A DNA stretch of 55,824 nucleotides from Vicingaceae bacterium (GCA_049608005.1 JBMYXB010000001.1:1-55824), one strand, 5' to 3'. Numbered from the stretch's first letter, positions 8,378 to 16,974 are shown. Notes: generated from the sequence alone by a model not told the origin. Numbers and translations: made by a program.

Positions 8378-9826
8378 AGTAATTTAAAAACAAAAACTAC
8401 TAACTCTTTCCCTTTTTTTTAGGGGAAGTACCCGAAGGGGGAAGGGGTGAGAAATATATAAATATTTACTTAAAATACCCCTCTGTCCTACGGACATCTC
8501 CCCTAAAAGTGGAGAAGCAAAAAGCCATTTCATAAGAAGTTTCGTTAATTAAATGCACTACTCATTCTTCCCTTTTTTTTTAGGGGAAGTACCCGAAGGG
8601 GGAAGGGGTAAAGAAACGTATAAATATTTACTTAAAAACACCCCTCTGTCCTACGGACATCTCCCCTAAAAGTGGAGAAGTAAAAAACTATTTCATAAGA
8701 AGTTTCGTTAATTAAAAAAACTACCAACTTTTCCCTTTTTTTTTAGGGGAAGTACCCGAAGGGGGAAGGGGTGAAAACATATAATTATTTACTTAAAAAT
8801 ACCCCTCTGTCCTGCGGACATCTCCCCTAAAAGTGGAGAAGCAAAAAGCTATTTCATAAAAAGTTTTGTTAATTAAATACACTATCAACTCTTCTCCTTT
8901 TTTTAGGGGAAGTACCCGAAGGGGAAGGGGTAAAAAGCCTATAATTCTTTTACTTAAAAAACACCCCTCTGTCCTGCGGACATCTCCCCTAAAAGTGGAG
9001 AAGTAAAAACTATCGCATAATTAAAAAACAAAAAACTACTCACTCTTCCCCTTTTTTTTAGGGGAAGTACCCGAAGGGGGAAGGGGTAAAAAACATATAC
9101 TTATTTACTCAAAAATACCCCTCTGTCCTGCGGACATCTCCTCTAAAAGTGGAGAAGCAAAAAGCCATTTCATAAGAAGTTTCGTTAATTAAATGCACTA
9201 CTCATTCTTCCCTTTTTTTTTAGGGGAAGTACCCGAAGGGGGAAGGGGTAAAGAAACGTATAAATATTTACTTAAAAACACCCCTCTGTCCTACGGACAT
9301 CTCCCCTAAAAGTGGAGAAGTAAAAAACTATTTCATAAGAAGTTTCGTTAATTAAAAAAACTACCAACTTTTCCCTTTTTTTTTAGGGGAAGTACCCGAA
9401 GGGGGAAGGGGTGAAAACATATAATTATTTACTTAAAAATACCCCTCTGTCCTGCGGACATCTCCCCTAAAAGTGGAGAAGCAAAAAGCTATTTCATAAA
9501 AAGTTTTGTTAATTAAATACACTATCAACTCTTCTCCTTTTTTTAGGGGAAGTACCCGAAGGGGAAGGGGTAAAAAGCCTATAATTCTTTTACTTAAAAA
9601 ACACCCCTCTGTCCTGCGGACATCTCCCCTAAAAGTGGAGAAGTAAAAACTATCGCATAATTAAAAAACAAAAAACTACTCACTCTTCCCCTTTTTTTTA
9701 GGGGAAGTACCCGAAGGGGGAAGGGGTAAAAAACATATACTTATTTACTTAAAAATACCCCTCTGTCCTGCGGACATCTCCTCTAAAAGTGGAGAAGTAA
9801 AAAACTATTTCATAAAAAGTTTTGTT
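8378..9826. repeat. tandem array of nine copies of a 155-163-bp unit, non-coding
   Basis: The A-box AGGGGAAGTACCCGAAGGGGGAAGGGGT starts at 8421, 8582, 8745, 8905, 9060, 9222, 9385, 9545 and 9700. Each is followed, after ~28-31 AT-rich nt, by the B-box ACCCCTCTGTCCT(A/G)CGGACATCTCCCCT, then AAAAGTGGAGAAG, a 41-50-nt AT-rich spacer, a C/T-rich block (CTTCCC-type) and a T7-9 run. No ORF of 60 aa or more occurs in any frame. Confidence 0.95.
8503..9797. repeat. higher-order direct duplication with a 640-bp period (four units)
   Basis: 8503-9157 and 9143-9797 align at an offset of exactly 640 nt. I found one mismatch (9110 c versus 9750 t) by line-by-line comparison. Confidence 0.9.
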
Positions 9827-9846
9827 GTTTTGGAACACCTATTGTT

Positions 9847-9863
9847 CCCCCTTTTGAAGGGGG
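9847..9863. repeat. G/C-rich hairpin (7-bp stem, 3-nt loop), REP-like
   Basis: ccccctt (9847-9853) / aaggggg (9857-9863), followed by ctaggggga. Confidence 0.6.
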
Positions 9864-9883
9864 CTAGGGGGATTTTGCGTTAG

Positions 9884-9909
9884 GGATGGAAGCGGCATCC
9901 TTTTTTTTT
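9884..9909 (+). terminator. weak terminator-like hairpin plus T9 run downstream of the repeat array
   Basis: ggatg (9884-9888), a 7-nt loop, catcc (9896-9900), then nine T (9901-9909). The stem is only 5 bp, so this is tentative. Confidence 0.35.
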
Positions 9910-9921
9910 CTTCAACCACCG

Positions 9922-9968
9922 AATCCTCCAAGGTTTATATTGTTAAGCTAAATAAACCTTGGAGGATT
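9922..9968. repeat. perfect 17-bp inverted repeat with 13-nt loop
   Basis: aatcctccaaggtttat (9922-9938) / ataaaccttggaggatt (9952-9968). A T-run (9901-9909) lies upstream and an A8 run (~9986-9993) downstream. Confidence 0.85.
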
Positions 9969-10183
9969 ATAAACAAGTAAATAAAAAAAAGATATAGTGT
10001 ACAGCCCGTTAAAACGCCCAAATAAAGAAGTTAATTAATTGTAGATTTTAGACTTTGTTAAGCCTATAAGCTAGCTCTTTAAAACTTTATCAATTTTAGA
10101 CTTTACAAACTTTCTATTTTTTAACTTTTTAACTAATTTCGTACTCTATTAAATTAGAATATAAAAATTAAACATATATAGAT

Positions 10184-11572
10184 ATGAGTTATGATGTTAT
10201 TGTTGTAGGAAGTGGTCCTGGTGGTTATGTTACTGCTATTAGAGCTTCTCAATTAGGGTTGAAAACGGCTGTTGTTGAAAGATCAGAATTAGGTGGTATT
10301 TGCTTAAATTGGGGGTGTATTCCTACAAAAGCTTTATTAAAAAGTGCTAATGTATTTGAATATATTAACCATGCTGCCGATTACGGAATAAACATTAAAG
10401 GTGCTGATGCAGATTTCCCTGCAATAGTTAAAAGAAGTAGAGATGTTGCTGCAGGAATGAGTAATGGGATTCAGTTTTTAATGAAAAAAAATAAAATTGA
10501 TGTTATTACTGGTTCTGGAAAAGTTAAAGCGGGTAAAAAAGTGGATGTTACTGATGCTGATGGTAAAGTAACTGAATATGCTGCAAAAAACATTGTTATT
10601 GCAACTGGAGCAAGATCTAGAGAGTTACCTTTTTTACCACAAGATGGTAAAAAAATAATTGGATATAGAGAGGCATTAGTTTTACCTAAATTGCCTAAAA
10701 AAATGGTAGTGGTAGGTTCTGGAGCAATAGGGGTTGAGTTCGCTTACTTTTATAATGCTATGGGCGTTGATGTAACTATTGTAGAATTTATGGATAACAT
10801 TGTTCCGGTTGAAGATGTTGATGTGTCTAAGCAATTAGGACGTTCTTTTAAAAAATCTGGAATTAATGTAATGACTAAATCGTCAGTTAAGAGTGTAGAT
10901 ACTTCAGGTACTGGTTGTAAAGTGTTGGTTGAAACGAAGAAAGGTGAAGAAACTATTGAGTGTGATGTAGTGCTTTCGGCTGTTGGAATTAAAAGAAATA
11001 TCGAAAACATTGGTTTAGAAGATGTAGGAATTGCTACGGATAGTGATATTATTATTACTAATGATTTTTACCAAACAAACATTCCGGGTTATTATGCAAT
11101 TGGAGATGTTGCAAAAGGACCAGCATTAGCTCACGTAGCTTCTGCGGAAGGAATTATTTGTGTAGAAAAAATATCAGGAATGGATGTGGAACCATTGGAT
11201 TATGGAAATATTCCTGGGTGTACGTATTGTGCTCCAGAGGTTGCCTCAGTTGGAATGACTGAAGCTGCTGCAAAAGAGGCTGGTTATGAGTTAAAGATTG
11301 GTAAATTTCCTTTTTCAGCTTCTGGTAAGGCAAGTGCTGCAGGGCACAAAGATGGTTTTGTTAAATTGATTTTTGATGCTAAATATGGTGAGCTTTTAGG
11401 AGGACACATGATTGGTGCTAACGTAACCGAAATGATTGCTGAAATAGTTGCTATTAGAAAATTAGAAACTACTGGTCATGAATTAATTAAAACAGTTCAT
11501 CCTCATCCAACAATGAGTGAGGCTATTATGGAAGCTGCAGCTGCTGCTTACGATGAAGTAATACACATGTAA
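10184..11572 (+). CDS. lpdA: dihydrolipoyl dehydrogenase (E3 component)
   Basis: 462 aa. FAD GxGxxG (VVGSGPGG), redox-active disulfide GGICLNWGCIPTK, NAD-binding VVGSGAIGVEFA, and C-terminal HPHPTMSE His-Glu dyad. Confidence 0.92.
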   Translation: MSYDVIVVGSGPGGYVTAIRASQLGLKTAVVERSELGGICLNWGCIPTKALLKSANVFEYINHAADYGINIKGADADFPAIVKRSRDVAAGMSNGIQFLMKKNKIDVITGSGKVKAGKKVDVTDADGKVTEYAAKNIVIATGARSRELPFLPQDGKKIIGYREALVLPKLPKKMVVVGSGAIGVEFAYFYNAMGVDVTIVEFMDNIVPVEDVDVSKQLGRSFKKSGINVMTKSSVKSVDTSGTGCKVLVETKKGEETIECDVVLSAVGIKRNIENIGLEDVGIATDSDIIITNDFYQTNIPGYYAIGDVAKGPALAHVASAEGIICVEKISGMDVEPLDYGNIPGCTYCAPEVASVGMTEAAAKEAGYELKIGKFPFSASGKASAAGHKDGFVKLIFDAKYGELLGGHMIGANVTEMIAEIVAIRKLETTGHELIKTVHPHPTMSEAIMEAAAAAYDEVIHM

Positions 11573-11620
11573 TAGGAATCCTACAAATAAATATTTGAGT
11601 AGTTTATTCATAAAATAAAA

Positions 11621-11652
11621 ATCCTTCTTGAATCTTAAGAAGGATTTTTTTT
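11621..11652 (+). terminator. rho-independent terminator after lpdA
   Basis: atccttctt (11621-11629) / aagaaggat (11637-11645) with a 7-nt loop, then a T-run to 11652. Confidence 0.8.
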
Positions 11653-11693
11653 GCTATGCTGTTTGTTTAGATTACTTTCAATTAAAATTTTAA

Positions 11694-12416
11694 ATGAATC
11701 TTTCAATTATAATCCCCTTATATAACGAATCTAGCACAATTACAGTGGTGTTAGAGAGAATTCTCGGGCTTAAGTTTCCATCTTTTGTTAAATCATGGGA
11801 AGTGATTGTTGTAAATGATTGTTCTACAGATGGTTCTCGGGCTGTAGTCGAAAATTATATACGTGAATATGATAATTTTCATTTGGTAAATCATAATGAA
11901 AATAAGGGCAAAGGAAAATCGATTAGAACAGGGGTAGAGAAAATGAGTGGCGATCTTTTGTTAATTCAAGATGCTGACTTAGAACTTTATCCAGAAGATA
12001 TTCCTTCTATGTTAAATGCTATGGATGAATTAGGTGTTTTGTTTGTAAATGGTTCTAGGTATTTGCCGGGAGTAAACAGGCCTTTGTTTGCTTATGATAG
12101 GTATTTAGGAAATAAGTTCTTTTCTTTTTTAACTTCTTTGTTAATTAATGTAAAGATTACAGATATGGCTTGTGGCTATAAGTTAATTACAAAACCATTA
12201 TTTGATCAGATTAATTCTAAAGAGGATAGGTTTGCTATTGAGGCAGAATTGATGTTGAAAGCATTAAAAATTCAAAGAAATATTATTACAGAAGTACCAG
12301 TGAGATATTTGCCAAGAAACAAAGGGGAAGGGAAAAAAATGAGAAATTCTGATGCTTTTAAAGTGTTGTGGAAAATAATTCAAATAGGTGTTTTTAGTAA
12401 AAGATTTCGAAATTAG
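11694..12416 (+). CDS. family 2 glycosyltransferase (polyprenyl-phosphate sugar synthase-like, DPM1/GtrB/ArnC type)
   Basis: 240 aa, soluble. Motifs IIIPLYNES, VVNDCSTDGS and the QDADLE DxD motif. It is short, with no TM segment, as in polyprenol-monophosphate glycosyl synthases. Confidence 0.8.
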   Translation: MNLSIIIPLYNESSTITVVLERILGLKFPSFVKSWEVIVVNDCSTDGSRAVVENYIREYDNFHLVNHNENKGKGKSIRTGVEKMSGDLLLIQDADLELYPEDIPSMLNAMDELGVLFVNGSRYLPGVNRPLFAYDRYLGNKFFSFLTSLLINVKITDMACGYKLITKPLFDQINSKEDRFAIEAELMLKALKIQRNIITEVPVRYLPRNKGEGKKMRNSDAFKVLWKIIQIGVFSKRFRN

Positions 12417-13779
12417 ACATCTAAAAAAAATAAAAAAAGATGTTTGGGTAATTATACTTTTAGTTACAGTTTCTACCTACACTATTTTTAATTTAAAACA
12501 TTGGAATAAAGAGGAAGGAATTATTGCTTGGGATGTAGTGAGTTATTACGGGTATTTACCGGCTACATTTATTTATGATGATGTTTCTTTAGAAAATCCA
12601 AATGAAAAATTTGAGGAGTTTAAACATGTTTTTTGGATGGAAAAAGCCAAGAATGGAGGGAAAGTTTTTAAAACAACTATGGGGATGTCCGTTTTGTATG
12701 CTCCTTTCTTTTTTGCTAGTCATTTATATGCTTTAAATTCAGAAAATGAACCCGGAGGATATTCTAAACCATATAAGTTTGGAATAGCTATGAGTGGTTT
12801 GTTTTATCTGCTGTTAGGCTTTATTTTTTTGAGGAAAGTCTTACAGAAATATTTTTCTAATAAAGTGGCGGCACTAACTTTATTATTTATTGGATTAGGT
12901 ACAAATCTTTATTATTATACAGTAATAGCTGTAGGAATGCCGCACGTATATTTATTTAGTTTACTTTCTATTAGTATTTATTGTGTGATGTTGTGGTATG
13001 AAAAACCTAGCTTAAAATTAAGTGTTGTGTTGGGTTTGTTGTTTGGTTTAATGGTGTTAATTAGGCCAACTATGTTAATCATTATTTCTTTTCCGCTGCT
13101 ATATAATATAGTTTCGATAAAAGAACGCTTGCTATTTTTTAAGAAGCAAATAGTACCATTATTAATCGTTGTCTTTTGTGCATTTTTAATTTGGGTGCCT
13201 CAATTTATTTATTGGAAAACAGTTACTGGAGATTTTTTATTTTATTCTTACTCAGAAGAAGGCTTCTTTTTTAATGATCCACAAATATTAAATGCACTAT
13301 TTAGTTTTAGAAAAGGATGGCTATTATATACACCACTAATGGCTTTTGCATTGGTTGGCTTTGCGTTAACGCTGGCAAAAAAAGATAAAAATATATTGTC
13401 TTTATTAGTTCCAGTAACACTTTATTTTTATGTGGCATCTTGCTGGTGGGATTGGTGGTTTGGTGGTTCTTACGGATATAGAACAATGATAGATGTAATG
13501 CCGTTTTTAGCTGTGGGGTTAGCGTTTGTAATTCAAAAGGTTTTTGAGTTAACAAAAGCATATAAAACAATAGTTTTAACGTTTATGTTTTGTTTTTTAG
13601 GATTAAGTTTATTTCAAACAAGGCAAGCACACGAAGGGTTAATTCATCATGATTCTATGACCAAAGAAGCATATTTTAAAATACTATTCAAACTTCAGGA
13701 TCAAATATCAAGAGAAGAAGTTAAGCCTTATTTAAAAACTCCAGATTATGATGCGGCTAAAAAAGGAAATAGAGATTAA
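12388..13779 (+). CDS. polytopic membrane protein, GT-C (ArnT/PMT-like) glycosyltransferase candidate
   Basis: 463 aa with about 10-12 hydrophobic helices and an early periplasmic-loop region (AWDVVSYYGYLPATFIYDD). It starts at GTG and overlaps the GT2 gene by 29 nt. No in-frame ATG precedes the first TM helix. Confidence 0.5.
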   Translation: MFLVKDFEIRHLKKIKKDVWVIILLVTVSTYTIFNLKHWNKEEGIIAWDVVSYYGYLPATFIYDDVSLENPNEKFEEFKHVFWMEKAKNGGKVFKTTMGMSVLYAPFFFASHLYALNSENEPGGYSKPYKFGIAMSGLFYLLLGFIFLRKVLQKYFSNKVAALTLLFIGLGTNLYYYTVIAVGMPHVYLFSLLSISIYCVMLWYEKPSLKLSVVLGLLFGLMVLIRPTMLIIISFPLLYNIVSIKERLLFFKKQIVPLLIVVFCAFLIWVPQFIYWKTVTGDFLFYSYSEEGFFFNDPQILNALFSFRKGWLLYTPLMAFALVGFALTLAKKDKNILSLLVPVTLYFYVASCWWDWWFGGSYGYRTMIDVMPFLAVGLAFVIQKVFELTKAYKTIVLTFMFCFLGLSLFQTRQAHEGLIHHDSMTKEAYFKILFKLQDQISREEVKPYLKTPDYDAAKKGNRD

Positions 13780-13809
13780 GAAAAGCTTTTGTTTTAGTAT
13801 CTTTACTTT

Positions 13810-15741
13810 ATGTGTGGAATTGCAGGAATAATATCTCTCAATAAAAGCGAGCTTAGTAAAATTACTGAAGCTACGAGTACGCTATCTAAAAGAGGGCCTG
13901 ATAATCAGAGTACAGAATTAATTGATGGATTGGCTTTAGGGCACGCACGTTTATCAATTATTGATACATCAAAAGCAGCCAACCAACCATTTACAGATGT
14001 TACCAAAAGGTATGTAATTGTTTTTAATGGCGAAATTTACAATTACCTCGAATTAAAAAAAGAATTAATTGCAGATGGTATTTCATTCGTTACCAATTCT
14101 GACACCGAAGTGTTACTTTATTATTATATTAAACATCAAGAAAAGTGTTTAGAGAAATTAAATGGTTTTTTTGCTTTTGCGATTTATGATAAACAAGAGA
14201 AAAGTTTATTTGTTGCACGCGATAGAATGGGTATTAAGCCTTTGCTTTATTATTTTGATGGAGAGCAATTTATTTTTGGTTCTGAATTAAAAGCACTTTT
14301 AACTTTTGGTATTAAAAAGGAAATTGATAAAGTGAGTTTGTTTAACTACTTACAGTTTAATTATATTCCTACCCATAATTCAATAATTGAAGGGGTTAAG
14401 AAATTAAAGCCAGGACATTTTATTGTAATTGAAAATACGGCTAAACTTGGAGAGCTTATAAAGGAAGAAATGTATTATGAAATTCCTTTAAATCAACAGT
14501 CAAATCTTCAAATATCAGCAATGAATTACGATAAATCTCAAGAGATGTTGCGTAATTTGTTGGATGATGCTGTTCAAAAAAGATTGGTTTCGGATGTGCC
14601 GGTAGGTACATTTTTAAGTGGAGGAGTAGATTCTTCTATTATCAGTTTATTAGCTAAAAAACATAAGCCCGATTTACAAACTTTTTCTATAGGGTTTAAA
14701 GATGAGCCATTTTTTGATGAAACAACTTATGCTAATGCTGTAGCTAAAAAAATAGGGAGTAACCACAGTGTGTTTTCATTATCCAATAATGATTTGTATG
14801 AAGATTTAGATAATATTTTAGATTATTTAGATGAACCTTTTGCTGATTCATCAGCAATTGCAGTTTACCTGTTGAGTAAACGAACTAAAGAACATGTTAC
14901 AGTTGCCCTTTCTGGAGATGGGGCAGATGAAATGTTTTCGGGTTACAACAAACATGCGGCAGAATTTAAATCGCGTCATCCAGGTATAAAAGAGTCTGCA
15001 GTAAAAATGGGTTACCCGCTATGGCGAATGCTACCAAAATCAAGAAATTCAAAATTTACAAATGTTAATAGGCAGCTGTATAAATTTAGTTTGGGTTCGC
15101 GATTAACCAACAAAGCAAGGTATTGGAAATGGGCATCAATTTTAGATGAAGAAAAAGCCAATTACTTGTTAAAAGAAGAGTTAATTTTTAATCCGCAACG
15201 TTTAAGTGATACAGCTTTTGAATATAAGAAACGAAAAGAAGAGTTGCTCAAAAATATTAGGAGAGATGGAGATGTAAATGATGTGCTGCACACCGATATG
15301 AAAATGGTTTTAACCAATGATATGTTACGTAAAGTAGATGCTATGAGTATGGCAAATAGCTTAGAGGTTAGAACACCATTTTTAGATCATCGTTTGGTTA
15401 ACTTTGCTTTTTCGTTACCCACAGCATTTAAAATTAATGCTAATATGAAGAAGAAAATTCTTCAAGATGCATTTAGAACTGAATTGCCGGAAGAAATTTA
15501 TAAACGACCAAAACATGGTTTTGAAGTGCCATTGTTAAGCTGGTTTAGAAACGAATTAAGAACTAAAATTGAAAACGATTTATTATCTGATGATTTCATA
15601 GAGGAGCAGGGATTGTTTAATGTTAGTGCAATACAAGGGTTAAAAAAACAACTTTTCTCTAACAACCCGGAAGATGTACAGGCAACAATATGGGCCTTAA
15701 TTGTTTTTAATACTTGGTGGAAAAAATACATTCAAAAATAG
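13810..15741 (+). CDS. asnB: asparagine synthase (glutamine-hydrolysing) family amidotransferase
   Basis: 643 aa with N-terminal MCGIAG (catalytic Cys2 of Ntn amidotransferases) and the SGGVDSS PP-loop. Its position in a polysaccharide locus suggests sugar amidation rather than Asn synthesis. Confidence 0.85.
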   Translation: MCGIAGIISLNKSELSKITEATSTLSKRGPDNQSTELIDGLALGHARLSIIDTSKAANQPFTDVTKRYVIVFNGEIYNYLELKKELIADGISFVTNSDTEVLLYYYIKHQEKCLEKLNGFFAFAIYDKQEKSLFVARDRMGIKPLLYYFDGEQFIFGSELKALLTFGIKKEIDKVSLFNYLQFNYIPTHNSIIEGVKKLKPGHFIVIENTAKLGELIKEEMYYEIPLNQQSNLQISAMNYDKSQEMLRNLLDDAVQKRLVSDVPVGTFLSGGVDSSIISLLAKKHKPDLQTFSIGFKDEPFFDETTYANAVAKKIGSNHSVFSLSNNDLYEDLDNILDYLDEPFADSSAIAVYLLSKRTKEHVTVALSGDGADEMFSGYNKHAAEFKSRHPGIKESAVKMGYPLWRMLPKSRNSKFTNVNRQLYKFSLGSRLTNKARYWKWASILDEEKANYLLKEELIFNPQRLSDTAFEYKKRKEELLKNIRRDGDVNDVLHTDMKMVLTNDMLRKVDAMSMANSLEVRTPFLDHRLVNFAFSLPTAFKINANMKKKILQDAFRTELPEEIYKRPKHGFEVPLLSWFRNELRTKIENDLLSDDFIEEQGLFNVSAIQGLKKQLFSNNPEDVQATIWALIVFNTWWKKYIQK

Positions 15742-16946
15742 TGGAAGAAAAAAAGAAAATAAAAGTACTTCGTATTATAAATCGTTTTAATATTGGAGGG
15801 CCTACTTATAATGCAGCTTACCTTACAAAATATTTAGGTGATAATTTCGAAACTTTATTAGTAGGAGGAGTAAAGTATGAGGAGGAAGAAAGTTCTGAGT
15901 TTATTGTAACTCAGTTAGGGTTAACACCTATTGTTATTCCAGAAATGCAACGAAGCATTAACTTTAAAGAAGATAAAAAAGCTTACCGAAAACTGGTAGA
16001 GTTAATTAAAGAGTTTAAGCCAGATATTGTTCATACTCATGCCTCTAAAGCAGGTACTTTAGGCAGGTTGGCTGCAGCAAAATGTAATGTGCCAGTTATT
16101 GTTCATACTTTTCATGGGCATGTGTTTCATTCTTATTTTGGAAAAGCGAAAACATTATTTTATAAAACCATAGAAAGATGGTTAGCAAAAAAATCAACAA
16201 AAATTATAGCCATTAGTGATATTCAAAAAGAAGAACTTTGGAAAGAGCATAAAATTTGTAAAGCAGATAAATTGGCGGTTGTTCCTTTGGGTTTTGATTT
16301 AGATCGATTTCAGAAAAATATTACGGAAAAAAGAACATCTTTTAGAGAAAAATATCAAATAAAAGAAGATGAAATTGCAATAGGAATAATAGGTAGATTG
16401 GTTCCTATTAAAAATCATCAATTATTTATTAATGCGATTAAAGAAGTACATAATAAAACAACTAAAAAAATTAGAGTTTTTATTATTGGTGATGGAGAAT
16501 GTAAAGAGCAACTAATTGAATTACTAAAACGTATTGAGTTGGATGGTGTAGAGTGGAGTAAAAATCCTAAACCAGCTACGGTTGTTTTTACCTCTTGGAT
16601 TAAAGAGGTAGATTGGGCAAATGCAGGCTTAGATATTATTGCGTTAAGCTCTTTAAATGAAGGTACGCCTGTTAGTTTAATAGAAGCACAGGCCGCAAAT
16701 AAGCCAATTGTAACAACTAATGTTGGAGGGGTAGAAAATATAGTATTAAAAAACGAAACAGCTTTTGTAACTAATTCTGATAACTTAAATGAGTTTTCTG
16801 AAGCACTTCTTAAGCTAGTAAATGATGATGAATTAAGAGGTGAAATGGGGGCTAAAGGGTGGAGTTTTGTAAAAAAAGAATTTCATTACATGCGTTTAGT
16901 TAACGACATGAAAAACCTTTATTTAACCCTTTTAAACAATAAATAA
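15714..16946 (+). CDS. family 4 (GT-B fold) glycosyltransferase
   Basis: 410 aa. N-terminal GGP motif (NIGGPTYNA) and C-terminal EGTPVSLIEAQAANKPIV (E-x7-E type). The track start is TTG. An in-frame GTG at 15741 overlapping the asnB stop by 1 nt is an alternative start. Confidence 0.8.
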   Translation: MVEKIHSKIVEEKKKIKVLRIINRFNIGGPTYNAAYLTKYLGDNFETLLVGGVKYEEEESSEFIVTQLGLTPIVIPEMQRSINFKEDKKAYRKLVELIKEFKPDIVHTHASKAGTLGRLAAAKCNVPVIVHTFHGHVFHSYFGKAKTLFYKTIERWLAKKSTKIIAISDIQKEELWKEHKICKADKLAVVPLGFDLDRFQKNITEKRTSFREKYQIKEDEIAIGIIGRLVPIKNHQLFINAIKEVHNKTTKKIRVFIIGDGECKEQLIELLKRIELDGVEWSKNPKPATVVFTSWIKEVDWANAGLDIIALSSLNEGTPVSLIEAQAANKPIVTTNVGGVENIVLKNETAFVTNSDNLNEFSEALLKLVNDDELRGEMGAKGWSFVKKEFHYMRLVNDMKNLYLTLLNNK

Positions 16947-16974
16947 AAATAAGTGTTAATCCATAAGAATTTAA

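Noticed and set aside
8421-8448. G-quadruplex formation by the A-box (GGGG...GGGGG..GGGG)
   Set aside because: Only three G-tracts occur per box on the plus strand, and two on the minus strand in the B-box. An intramolecular four-tract G4 therefore needs a distant partner. Hairpin or junction pairing explains the conservation better.
8553-8669. 38-codon ORF (MHYSFFPFFLGEVPEGGRGKETYKYLLKNTPLSYGHLP) inside a repeat unit, repeated at 9193-9309
   Set aside because: The ATG exists only in units whose spacer reads aaatgcac. Other units read aaatacac or aaaaaaac at the same place, and indels between units shift the frame. The boxes are conserved as nucleotides, not as codons.
8378-9826. CRISPR array interpretation of the tandem repeats
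   Set aside because: The period (~160 bp) is far longer than a CRISPR repeat plus spacer. The AT-rich inter-box segments are homologous between units instead of being unique spacers. A four-unit block is duplicated almost perfectly. No cas genes or leader-like asymmetry are present.
8294-10183. Replication origin (oriC) or iteron region, given a long AT-rich repeat-filled divergent intergenic gap
   Set aside because: Reading the region by eye, I found no TTATCCACA-type DnaA boxes on either strand. No dnaA or dnaN is nearby. The repeats are G/C-box palindromes and not short iterons. An exhaustive degenerate-motif scan was not possible.
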